Source: Rebecca billardiae RCC1528
Taxonomy: Eukaryota; Protista; Haptophyta
Length of the DNA: 64,000 nt
NCBI GenBank assembly: GCA_965240325.2
Contig: OZ251235.1
Coordinates: 806,001 to 870,000, forward strand
Direction of reading: 5' to 3'
The notes beneath the pieces were generated by a model that was not told where the DNA came from, ran no database searches, and saw only the letters and a list, made by a program, of their open reading frames with translations. Below, in pieces: positions 1-9,132 of this stretch; position 1 is the stretch's first letter, and every line of letters starts with the position of its first letter. Made by a program: the position numbers and the translations under genes.

Positions 1-136
1 ACAAGTACCTGCCTTTTGTGATGGTGGTCTCCAACTACATTGCGCAGCAGAAGCCACCCGTGCAGGACGCGGCGGGCATCGTCGTGGGCTACGCGTGGAG
101 CGTGCTGGCCAAGCTGCACGAGCGCGAGCTCGTCAT

Positions 137-171
<35 letters not shown>

Positions 172-287
172 GCGAAGGCGGGAAGCCGGACGCCGAGGGC
201 GAGCAGGCAGCGGCCGAGAAGCCGAAGAAGGCGACAGGGCCGCGGCGTCGGCGCTCAGGCTCCATCGTCAAGGACGAGCAGCGCTGA
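1..287 (+). CDS. 3' end of an unknown protein gene (partial at window edge)
   Basis: Open frame with GC3-rich codons ending at TGA 285-287; low-complexity C-terminus; no recognisable motif. Confidence 0.55.
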
Positions 288-594
288 CGCGCCACCAGCC
301 GGACTCTGGGGGCTTGCGACTGGGGCGCGGACCGTCACCACGCCCTCGCTCGCTGCGACGCACGCTCGGCGCCATCGACGCGCTTGACCGATCTCTCGCC
401 TACAAGCACGCCACTGCGCCGCACATCACTTACAGACTGACTCGTCGGACTCATCACATGCGACAGCAGTGAGCAGACGCAGGCCAGCAAGGGCCACGGG
501 CCCCCGGTGCGCGGCCTGCTGTGACGGCTGACGGCCTCGTCGTAATCACGCGTTGATGGCAGATATGGACTACCACCGGGGCCGAATTGACGAG

Positions 595-2793
595 TCACAC
601 AGTCGTAGTGCCACCCGTCGACGGCGTAGCGGTGCCCTGCTGGCGCCACGAGCGCCTCCTCTTCGCCTTCTTCGCCTTGCCCAGCGCCCGGGCACACGTG
701 CGGTACTGCTCGTACCCGCCGTACCCGAAGAGCTCCTCGAGCTCCCAGTCGAAGTGCTCGAGCAGCGCGCGCCACACCTCGCGCGGGAACTTGAAGACGA
801 ACGCGCAGCCGTCTGGTGTCACGGCCGCAAGTCGGTCGCGCGCATCTTGGTCGTTCGCGAGGTTGCCGTCCGGCTGCACCGGGAGCGCCTCGAGGCTGAT
901 CCACACGCTGCGCGGGCACAGCCCCAGCCTGCTGCCGAGCAGGCACGCGACCGCGCTCGGCCGGCGCGAGATGTCCTCGTACCGCAGCACGACGAGCTGG
1001 GCCCCGCCCTGCCGCCGGCTCACCGTGTGCACGAGCCCGCCTCGCCGTGCCTGCTCGTCCGCGCGGACGAGGTCGAAGGCGTCCCGCATGAGCCCGAGCT
1101 TGGCGATCCGAAGCTCGACGATCGTCTTGAACGCGTGCACCGCGCACTGCCGCTGCTGCTCGGCGGGCAGCCGGCGGATCTCGTCGAGCGCGCGCGTGCG
1201 GTTGTGCACAAGCCCCAGCTGGGCGCATCGCTCGGCAGCTTGCGGCACGCGTGGGCTGAGCCACTCCGAGCTGACAAAGTCGCGCGACTTGGAGAGGCGC
1301 AGCCACGGCGCGTCGTGCGGCGCGCGGTGCATCGCCAGCAACCACTGCAGCGGCTCCCTCACCAGCACGACGAGGGGCGCCGCGCCGCTGTGCGCCAGCT
1401 GCAGCTGCTGCCGCATAGCGCCGAGGTCAGCGGCCGAGTCTGTCGTCCACATGAACTGCGTCGCCTCGCCGCCCGGCATCAGCTCCGTGCCAAAGTTGAG
1501 CAGCATCATGCGCCTGAGGGCGTTCGCGCCCGTGTGCCGCTCGCCGACGATCCGGTAGTGGAGCGCCCCTGCCGCTGGCTCGGCACCGGCACTGGCGGCG
1601 GCGGCCGGAGCGGCGGCGCCGTCAGCGGCGGCGCCGTCAGCGGCGGCGCCGTCAACGGCGGCAGGCTCGGTGATCTCAGGCTTGACGGGGTGGCACGCCG
1701 GCGGCACGGTGGGGAGGAGGTTCGCGGGGCAGTCCGCGCTCCACCGCTTCGGCATGTGCACCGCCTTGAGCATCCCCGACGCGAGCACGCGCCAGTAACG
1801 GTCCCAGTGCGCGTCCCCGCTCGTGTTGGTTCTGTGCAGCGCGTCCTGCTCGTTGCCGAGCGGCCGGATTTTCAGCTGGTGCTTGCAGTAGAGCTGGGTG
1901 CAGTGCAGGAAGCGCGGCACGCCCATGTACTCGAGGTAGTCCGAGATCAGCAGGTCGTCCGAGATCCGCGCGTCCAGGTTCGCTGTCAGCGCGCTGAACC
2001 GCGCCTCGAACCCCTCCAGGTCGCGCGAGAACGGCTCGAGCGGCATGCGCCACCCGCCAAACGCCTCGGCGACGTCGATCGTGTCGAGGTGCTTGCGCGC
2101 GGCGAGGATGCCCTGCGTGTTGCTGAGTGTGCGCCCGACGAGGTTGAACCCCGACGCCCCCATCGACACCCGGTAGCTCGCCGACTCCGCCGCGAGGGCC
2201 TGCGCCATTCCGCGCGGGTAGACAATGTCGTCGTCGCAGATCACAATGTGCGTGCGAGCGATCGCCTCTGCGTCGGCGCCACGCGGCAGGCCGAGCACGC
2301 GCGTGATGTGCGGCAGCCGCTCGTGGAGCAGCCAACGCACCGTGGGGACCAGCTTCGTCGCCGGGCCCCAGTCCCGCCCGCACCGGTTCACTGTGACACG
2401 GTGCGCGACCTGCTCCGGCACCTCCGCGGGGAACTCCTGACCAGTGCGCGCAAAGCGGTCTGGCAGGTTGAGGAGGATGTCGTCGAACGGCCGGTACTGA
2501 TGCTCCGAATCCAGCGAGCGCAGCGTGTAGTAGAGCGAGCGCAGCCTTGTGGGCGATGTGGTCAGGCTGGCGATGAGGTAGATCGTCGCCCTCGCCGCCG
2601 AGGCGGCCGTGGCCGGCATCGTTCGCGGCCCTGCGGGAAGTCGGACACTCGTACAGTACTCCGATTTTCGCGAGACGACAGTCTGAACAAGGGGCTTACC
2701 ACGCGTCTGAACAGTCGGGCTGCCGGTGACTGACGCAGCGCGTACGCCGTACGTCTGCGTACCGAGTGCGCACGCCATGATGCAGTTTGCCAC
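595..2793 (-). CDS. Glycosyltransferase (GT-A fold) fused to a sulfotransferase-like domain
   Basis: N-half has IASLTTSPTRL...DWGPATKL...IVICDDDIVYP...ISDDLLIS (DxD-type GT motif set). C-half has IVGERHTGANAL (5'PSB-like), VVLVREPLQWL (3'PB-like) and VVLRYED. An Ala-rich linker with 15-bp repeats lies at ~1605-1660. The true start may be a downstream ATG. Confidence 0.65.
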   Translation of the reverse strand: MANCIMACALGTQTYGVRAASVTGSPTVQTRGKPLVQTVVSRKSEYCTSVRLPAGPRTMPATAASAARATIYLIASLTTSPTRLRSLYYTLRSLDSEHQYRPFDDILLNLPDRFARTGQEFPAEVPEQVAHRVTVNRCGRDWGPATKLVPTVRWLLHERLPHITRVLGLPRGADAEAIARTHIVICDDDIVYPRGMAQALAAESASYRVSMGASGFNLVGRTLSNTQGILAARKHLDTIDVAEAFGGWRMPLEPFSRDLEGFEARFSALTANLDARISDDLLISDYLEYMGVPRFLHCTQLYCKHQLKIRPLGNEQDALHRTNTSGDAHWDRYWRVLASGMLKAVHMPKRWSADCPANLLPTVPPACHPVKPEITEPAAVDGAAADGAAADGAAAPAAAASAGAEPAAGALHYRIVGERHTGANALRRMMLLNFGTELMPGGEATQFMWTTDSAADLGAMRQQLQLAHSGAAPLVVLVREPLQWLLAMHRAPHDAPWLRLSKSRDFVSSEWLSPRVPQAAERCAQLGLVHNRTRALDEIRRLPAEQQRQCAVHAFKTIVELRIAKLGLMRDAFDLVRADEQARRGGLVHTVSRRQGGAQLVVLRYEDISRRPSAVACLLGSRLGLCPRSVWISLEALPVQPDGNLANDQDARDRLAAVTPDGCAFVFKFPREVWRALLEHFDWELEELFGYGGYEQYRTCARALGKAKKAKRRRSWRQQGTATPSTGGTTTV

Positions 2794-2878
2794 TGTCAGT
2801 CGCCTGGCCCGCCATCGTCCTGCTCGGGGTATCCGGCTAGCACGAGGCCCCGAGTCCAGCGGAGAGCTGCCACCCTGC

Positions 2879-3982
2879 CTACTCAGCGCGCCCGCCGAAC
2901 GGCCAGAGCACGCGGCGCCACCACGGCCGCCGCTTCACCACCAGCCACGTCACCTCGTCCAGCTTGCCGATGCTCGCCCATGGCGTGCCGACGCGCGCGC
3001 GGAACTCGGGCGCGACATCTCGCCGGCCGAGCTGCTTGAGCGCGTAGCGCTTCGCGGGGAAGAGCTCGCGAAGCTCGGCCTCGGGCACGGCGAACGGCGG
3101 CCCCGGCGCCGCGGACTGCTCGTACTCCATCACCACGAGCAGCAGCCGCGCGCGCGGCTCGAGCAGCTCATCCAGGCGGCGTGCGTACGCGGGGCGCATG
3201 GCAGGCGGCACGGCGACGAGCCCACCGCGGTCCCACGCGCGGCCAAAGGTGCCGAGGGCGGCGCGGCCGCAGTGCTCGCCGAACCAGTCGCGCACGGCGA
3301 GCCACACGCCGCCACCCGGCCCTGGCTGCTTGTCCGCCCGTGCCGCCGCCGTCAGCCCCGCTGATAGCCAGTCCGACTCGCCCGCTCGCGCGAGCGGCGG
3401 CGGCGGCGATGCCGGTGTGCCCGGCGCGTGCGCGTCCAGGTAGTAGCCCGTGCCGAGTTCGCGCGTGGTGTACACGTAGCCAGGCTTCTCGCCAATGAAC
3501 GCGCCCGAGAGGATGAAGTCTGCCTTGCCACCCGGCGGCGGCGGCCGCGGCGTCGCGCGGCCCATCCGGAGCTGCGGCTGCTCCGCAGCAAACTGTTCGG
3601 CCGCGAGCGCGACACCATCGACGCCGACGACCTCGTGGCCCTTCGCCGCGAGATGCGGCATGTCGACGGTCTTGCCGCACAGTGGCACGAGCACGCGGTG
3701 CGGCCGATCTGCCGCGCCTCCGGGGAAGAGCGCTTCCTCGTTTGCCGACAGCGCCGGATGCACCTTGGGCTGATGGAAGGCGATGTAACCGTCGCCCCAG
3801 CGGCCCTCCCAGCGCGCGAGGCGCTCAGGCGTGGTGGCGTCAGGCGCGTAGTAGCAGTACGCGCCGAGCCCCGCACTCGCGAGCAGCGCGAGGTGGCGCG
3901 GGCGCAAGAGCGCCACGCGTGCGAGGCCCGCCGCGAGCCGGCCGAGGCGCGCCGTCATCGTGGCCGGCGTGATGAGGAACAC
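2879..3982 (-). CDS. TPMT: Thiopurine S-methyltransferase family protein
   Basis: W..RW..G.IAFHQ..VHP.L, RVLVPLCGKTVDM..LA..GHEVVGVD, WDRGGLVAV, GPPFAV...EL..LF motifs. Probable ATG at ~3958. Confidence 0.85.
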   Translation of the reverse strand: MFLITPATMTARLGRLAAGLARVALLRPRHLALLASAGLGAYCYYAPDATTPERLARWEGRWGDGYIAFHQPKVHPALSANEEALFPGGAADRPHRVLVPLCGKTVDMPHLAAKGHEVVGVDGVALAAEQFAAEQPQLRMGRATPRPPPPGGKADFILSGAFIGEKPGYVYTTRELGTGYYLDAHAPGTPASPPPPLARAGESDWLSAGLTAAARADKQPGPGGGVWLAVRDWFGEHCGRAALGTFGRAWDRGGLVAVPPAMRPAYARRLDELLEPRARLLLVVMEYEQSAAPGPPFAVPEAELRELFPAKRYALKQLGRRDVAPEFRARVGTPWASIGKLDEVTWLVVKRRPWWRRVLWPFGGRAE

Positions 3983-3989
3983 TCATCAG

Positions 3990-4861
3990 GCTGAGGAACC
4001 CCCTTTGCACACAGCAGGAACCTCCGCTGCGGACCCGGTGGCTTGCAAACCAAGCCCCCCAAAACGGGATGGCGAGCACTGGGCGACGCGAGGGCCCGCC
4101 TGCGCAGCGCTCCCAAGGCCGCATGCGGGCGTGACAGCCGTGCGCGGGCACTTTGTGGGGGCTAGAAGACCCGTAGGCAGCAATCGTGCCGCCTCGCCGA
4201 CGCCCTCGCCGCCCTCTCCGCGCGCAGAGACCTGCCGGATGGCAAGCGCAGTTCTGGAGAAGGCCTGTCCGACGAGCGTGATGGGCACGCGTGCGCCCCT
4301 GGGGCATTCAAAGGTCGGCTTTTTCGCTTCTGCGAGATGGGCATGGGAGTACTCAATATCACTGCTTCGCCGGCAGCCATGCCGACATCGATCAGACCGC
4401 GCACACACGCTCGACAGCTGGCAGGCCAGCAACCGGTTGAAATGGCGGCGCGCGTGATCACAAGGCTGTCGGCGAGGAGACCGCAGTGCGAGCCAAAGGA
4501 GGGCGCGCAAGACATGCATCTCGGTCGTGAGGCGTGCATGAGCCGCGAGCACGGGCACGACGTGCACGGCAAAGCCCGTCATGCGCCTCGACGCGCACGC
4601 GCCGCGGCGGACGACCGAGCAGGGCGCGCGCAGGCTGGCCTTCTTGGCGGCGGCTGTCCGGGAGTGCCCGCGCACGCGCAACGCGTATTCAAAGAGCTCC
4701 CGGAAGGCATCGACTCCGGCTGGAGGGACGGTGCCTTTCGCCGCGCGAGGGGTTTTGGGGGGCTTGGTTTGCAAGCCGGTGGATCGGTCCGGACGCCGGA
4801 AGTGCCTTTCGCGTTCTCGAGGCGCCCCCCCCCCGTCCGCGGTGCAAGTGTGCACCTCAGC
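3990..4861. mobile_element. Putative non-autonomous TIR element (MITE-like)
   Basis: Perfect 26-bp inverted repeat at 4040-4065 / 4752-4777 (GGCTTGCAAACCAAGCCCCCCAAAAC); weaker outer match GCTGAGG..TGCACAC at ~3990-4012 / 4848-4861. Confidence 0.5.
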
Positions 4862-5288
4862 ATCCGCAGCATGGGCGTACTACTACGGGAACCCGCACCC
4901 GCGACCCCCGTGTAGTCAAGGGCGGTGGTGTAAGACTGTAAGCTAGTTGTCAGTTGTCACCTGTGGCTCTGGCGTCCGCCGGGAGGGCGGCTCGGTGCGT
5001 ATGTATCACAGCCAGACAAGCATTCATTGTCGCTCGGTCCCCACATTAATGATACATGCTACAGGATCACGTCGTAGCTCGCAGCGATTCGGCTCGGACG
5101 CCGAAACTACTTGACTATTAACAGATTAGCAGACGATAATTGCCGACGTACGCCGCATCTATCACTCATCATCAGGCTGACAAGTCAGGGCGCGCGCTGC
5201 CCGAGTGCGCCGATAAGCTATACTCTTAGGATGAAGTCAAATCATCAATCTGATTCAATCAGTGGCACTCGGGTCCCAGTAGGCAGTA

Positions 5289-5332
5289 AAGTTTACTCAG
5301 AATACAAGACGCACACAGCTCAGGCAGGCGAG
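5289..5332. repeat. Degenerate copy of the CAGTTTACT dispersed repeat
   Basis: AAGTTTACTCAGAATACAAGACGCACACAGCTCAGGCAGGCGAG resembles 34412-34455. Confidence 0.7.
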
Positions 5333-5884
5333 AGAACGGCTGCGAACAGTCAGAGTTGATTGACCGTCACTGACGGTAGTTCTGAATGTTATCATAGTAG
5401 TTACAGTAAGGTTCTAGTCGCGTCTAAGTAACTGTAAGCTAGCATAAGGTAGTCCGCAATGTCTATCTACTGATGTCCGTTAGGAATGCCCGCTATAGGC
5501 GTAGCTAGCGCTCGGTAGTCATAAGTCAATCAGGTCACTGCCGCCCTGGTCAGCTGCAGCTATCGGCACTGTCGACACTCACTCGACAGTCGCCGTCGGC
5601 GGACCGGCGGCGGCGGCGGCCGCTCGGCGCTCAACTCAGTTCAAGTCCAACGGTGAGTACTGTCTACTAGTACTGAGTCACCTGGATAGTCCGCGGCCGG
5701 GTCCGGGATAACCCGTGGCGACATAATAATATTATATATAATAATAATAATAAATATATATTTACTAAATACGTTCTGAGAGTAGCTCTCGCTATGCTAC
5801 CAAAGTGTCAATTACAAGTGTCACGGACACGCGATTCAGATATATGAATAAAGTTTCATATCGCAGCTGGCGTGCGGCCGGGGG

Positions 5885-6850
5885 TCACCTCGCAGTCACA
5901 GTCACACACTCGCTGCTGTTGACCGCAAAGGGCGCAACCTCCTGGATCCTCGACATGAGCCACAGCTCGTGCCGGACGTGGCCGACCGCGCCGTCCATGT
6001 TGGTCAGGTCGCTCGGCCACTTGAAGCGCGATGCTTGCTCCGGGTCGATCAGCGGCGGCTTCTTGCTGCAGCAGTGGCACCCGCCCATCAGCTCGCACAT
6101 CGGCGCCTCCCTCCTGGCCACCAGCTCGGCCAGCTGCGGCCTGTCCTTGAACAGCCCGGAGCACGAGAGGTGGCGCGATTTCCTCGGCTTGCCGAGCGTC
6201 TGGTTGAGCGTCTGCCGCCAGCCCGGGTTCAGCTTGCCACCCTGCGCCTCGAAGGCGAGCATACAACGCTCCACGTCCTCCATCATGCGGTAGGTGCGCA
6301 CCCAGCAGTCCGCCTGCAAGTCCGGCAACGAGAGGGCCATGCGCACAGACATCAGCCCGCCAAAGACGCACGCGAAGCGCTCGAAGCCGAGCTGCGGGTC
6401 CACGCCCTGCGCGAACACCGCACGCGCGGTGCTGCTCGCGAAGAGCTTCATCGTCTTCTGCAGCGCGCCCTCCCCGCCGCGGCCGTACGAGTAGAGTGAG
6501 GAATAATAGCTGCACGGGTCGCGGTAGCTCACGACGACGAAAGCGCGCTTTCGGTCGGCGATCGTCGAGGACTGGAACTCGCGGCGCATGTCGAACCTGC
6601 CCTTCCCCACCAGCATGGGGAGGAGCTCCCTGAGCGTCGTGCCGCCCGTCTTGGGCATGTGGTTGAGCAGCAGGACCTTGCGCCCGGTGAAGACGAGGTC
6701 CTCGCCCGGCTCGCTCGGCTCGCTGGCGGGCGCGATCAGCGACGGAACAGTCGAGTGACGCATCCGGCCGAGGAAGGCGCCCAAGTTCACGAGGGCCGGC
6801 AATAACTCTTTAGTCCGGCCATCAGCTTTGTGGCCGCGGCGCGGCGGCAT
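5885..6850 (-). CDS. Sulfotransferase-family protein, copy 1 (altered 3' end)
   Basis: LLNHMPKTGGTTLRELL (PAPS 5'PSB loop of Sulfotransfer_2 type) and VVSYRDPCSYYSSLYSY (3'PB). ATG 6850 is equivalent to 13449. An indel near the 3' end gives an earlier stop. Confidence 0.7.
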   Translation of the reverse strand: MPPRRGHKADGRTKELLPALVNLGAFLGRMRHSTVPSLIAPASEPSEPGEDLVFTGRKVLLLNHMPKTGGTTLRELLPMLVGKGRFDMRREFQSSTIADRKRAFVVVSYRDPCSYYSSLYSYGRGGEGALQKTMKLFASSTARAVFAQGVDPQLGFERFACVFGGLMSVRMALSLPDLQADCWVRTYRMMEDVERCMLAFEAQGGKLNPGWRQTLNQTLGKPRKSRHLSCSGLFKDRPQLAELVARREAPMCELMGGCHCCSKKPPLIDPEQASRFKWPSDLTNMDGAVGHVRHELWLMSRIQEVAPFAVNSSECVTVTAR

Positions 6851-6939
6851 TGCTCCGCGCGCCTCCGGACGGACAGCGACGCCGACAGCGCGGCAGCGCC
6901 GGATCAGGCTGATGCACTTTTGCACTAATAGAAGGTGCC

Positions 6940-7330
6940 AATGTAACCGTCGCCACGAGGAAGTATGTAACCGTCGCCCCAGCGGCACTTCCAGCGCGCG
7001 AGGCGCTCACCGGGCGTGGTGGCGTCGGGCGCGTACAGTTTACTAAGAATAAGAGACGCACACAGCTCAGGCAGGCGAGATTGACGCCCGCCAACTGTCA
7101 CCGCCCATGAAGCCGTCGCCGATGGTAGCGCCGCCGGAAAAAATCGTTCAGCCGTTACTAGCAGAACACGCCGAGCCCCGCAATCGCGAGCAGCGCGAGC
7201 ACTGAGCAGGTGGCGCGGGCGCAAGAGCGCCACGTCAACCGATGTGCCGCTCTGCGAGGTCCGCCCGGCGAGCGGGCCGCCGAGGCGCGCCGTCAGCGGC
7301 GTCAGCCCGGCCCCGGTCATGGACCTTCAT
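6940..7330 (-). pseudogene. Degenerate copy of the TPMT 5' region, interrupted by a 120-bp insertion
   Basis: Matches 3783-3988, e.g. ATGTAACCGTCGCCCCAGCGG and GGTGGCGCGGGCGCAAGAGCGCCACG; has frameshifts and insertions. Confidence 0.8.
7036..7155. mobile_element. CAGTTTACT-family insertion, 120 bp, flanked by TA on both sides
   Basis: Absent from the intact TPMT gene at the equivalent site (GGCGCGTA|GTAGCAG); TA at 7034-35 and 7156-57. Confidence 0.8.
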
Positions 7331-7650
7331 CGTCACTCGGTACTCACTCTAGTTAGTCTTACACTCACGTCTCACTCATCACTCAGGGCGAGTCAGGCCG
7401 CCGGCGGGACAGCACTCACAGCAGCTGACGGATACTGACGACCGCGACTGTGAAGTCAGAAGTGTGAGCCGCGTTATTTATTGGTGTGGTGCTAGCTAGG
7501 TCTTCCAGTATTTTAAGTCGACCGGACTTAACTATAGCTATAGGTCTAGCTATACCGGGATGATGATTGCGTCATCATGCGATTTTAGTTGTAAATTCTA
7601 CATGCTCGTACGGCCGGTCTTGGGAGTTACAGCTGAGTTCACATCCGACT

Positions 7651-8261
7651 TGTCGCGAACCGATTTAGCTCAGTCGTTTCGGGCTCTTCATTCCCTCGGA
7701 CATAACCGTAAGTCTCCTGTTGGACACCCCGCGAGGGGCTGTAGTCCTGTCCAGTGTTCTGACGGATTTGTTGTCGAGGTTTTTCTCTCCCCGCCTGGTC
7801 TTACCCAGGTGTTCCACCCTGCGTGCTCGTCTGCTCTGTGGCTTCGTAGAGACTCCGTCTTTTGTGGGCGGTGAGCCCTTCTTTGCTGCTGTGGCTTTGT
7901 GATGAGGCTCTTTTTGTGTCTTTGTTGTTCACCCGGGCGACTGTACCCGGAGGTTGCGCGTCGCGTACCGTGCTCGTTTTTCTTGTCGTCTTTTTCTTTG
8001 TCGGTCATCTTCTCGTGCCCCTCTTTCGTTCGTCTTTTTGCCGACTCCTCGCTTTTCATTCCCCCCCGGAGCCGCGAGGCTCTCGCGAGGTCGAAAGCGC
8101 TTCGCATGAAAGGCCAAGAGTTGCCCGCGTCGGTCGCTGGATTCGAACAGGTGACTTTACGGTTGTGTCGAAGGCGTTGAAGAGCCCGAAACGACTGAGC
8201 TAAATCGGTTCGCGCGAACCGATTTAGCTCAGTCGTTTCGGGCTCTTCATTCCCTCGGACA
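7651..8261. mobile_element. Palindromic-TIR element, copy 1 (left palindrome arm deleted)
   Basis: TG...CA ends; CGACT direct repeat at 7646-7650 and 8262-8266; a 44-bp deletion relative to copy 2. Confidence 0.85.
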
Positions 8262-8870
8262 CGACTATCTTAACTAGTTTCTCCGCCGCCGCGAGTCAAT
8301 TATTCGGTGACCAGCTTACGGCTACGGACGGTTCGAGCCTGCTGCGCTATTGTACATGTAGGGCCGCGCGAGATACACATGTGGATTATCCGCGATGCCG
8401 ATATGATGATGCTGATGAGCGTGGTGAAACCCGCCGATTCAATAAAGGGCGGCAAGTTCAAGCAAGTCGTTATAACGTACATCACATCGGCTGTTAGGTA
8501 ACTAGCTATACTTGATAATGTTCTAGTGTCCGAGTAGTGATGGCTGACGATAACTTTATGGCATATGCTAGAATATTTGTGAATACAGTATATGTACATT
8601 CTGCAGTATATGTACATTCTGCCGACTCGGCTCACAGTCGATGATCTCGTCGAATTGCAAACTTGTCAGTGCACTGCTTGTACCCCGAAGCTTGTTGCCT
8701 GTTGGGCCAGTTATGTATGCTGTTGGCAATGGCATGCGGTCCCCGCGCCCTCTGCAGGCGGGCTGTCCACAGTGGACGGTGGTGCCAGCGGGCGCTAGGT
8801 GGATCTCGGACTCAGGTCAGTGGTTTGAGGTTGAGTGGGGGGGGGGGTGGTTGGTTCAGGGCGGTCGGTT

Positions 8871-8959
8871 GGGGGCTGGCCAGGGTCATAGGGCTGGAGG
8901 CTTCGTCGGCCGCCGGGCGCCAGCAGCCAGAATCTGATCGTACCCGGTCCCGCCGGAGC
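8871..8959. repeat. Insertion-riddled copy of the repeat at 23234-23289 (inverted); duplicate at 12196-12284
   Basis: Identical to the reverse complement of 23234-23289 after removing 7 short insertions. Confidence 0.85.
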
Positions 8960-8992
8960 CCGTCGTTATAAATCAAGGGCGGGGAAATAGTT

Positions 8993-8995
<3 letters not shown>

Positions 8996-9026
<31 letters not shown>

Positions 9027-9047
9027 GTGCGACACATACACACACAC
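8996..9047. repeat. (CA)n microsatellite; duplicate at ~12321-12368
   Basis: Direct reading. Confidence 0.9.
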
Positions 9048-9132
9048 CAATATATATATAGTGACGTCTACTGCGACGACACCGAAGAAATTGTTTTGAT
9101 GTCGTCATAATTATATTATTAATTGGTTTTAT

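Noticed and set aside
553-2733. 726-aa + strand ORF, and similar long antisense ORFs such as 27250-29502, 35525-39859 and 40072-43080
   Set aside because: These are shadows of real genes on the opposite strand; stop codons are rare at this GC and no motifs are present.
6851-6988. N-terminal extension of sulfotransferase copies 1 and 2 in the ORF track
   Set aside because: It begins at a non-ATG codon inside the TPMT relic and is absent from copy 3.
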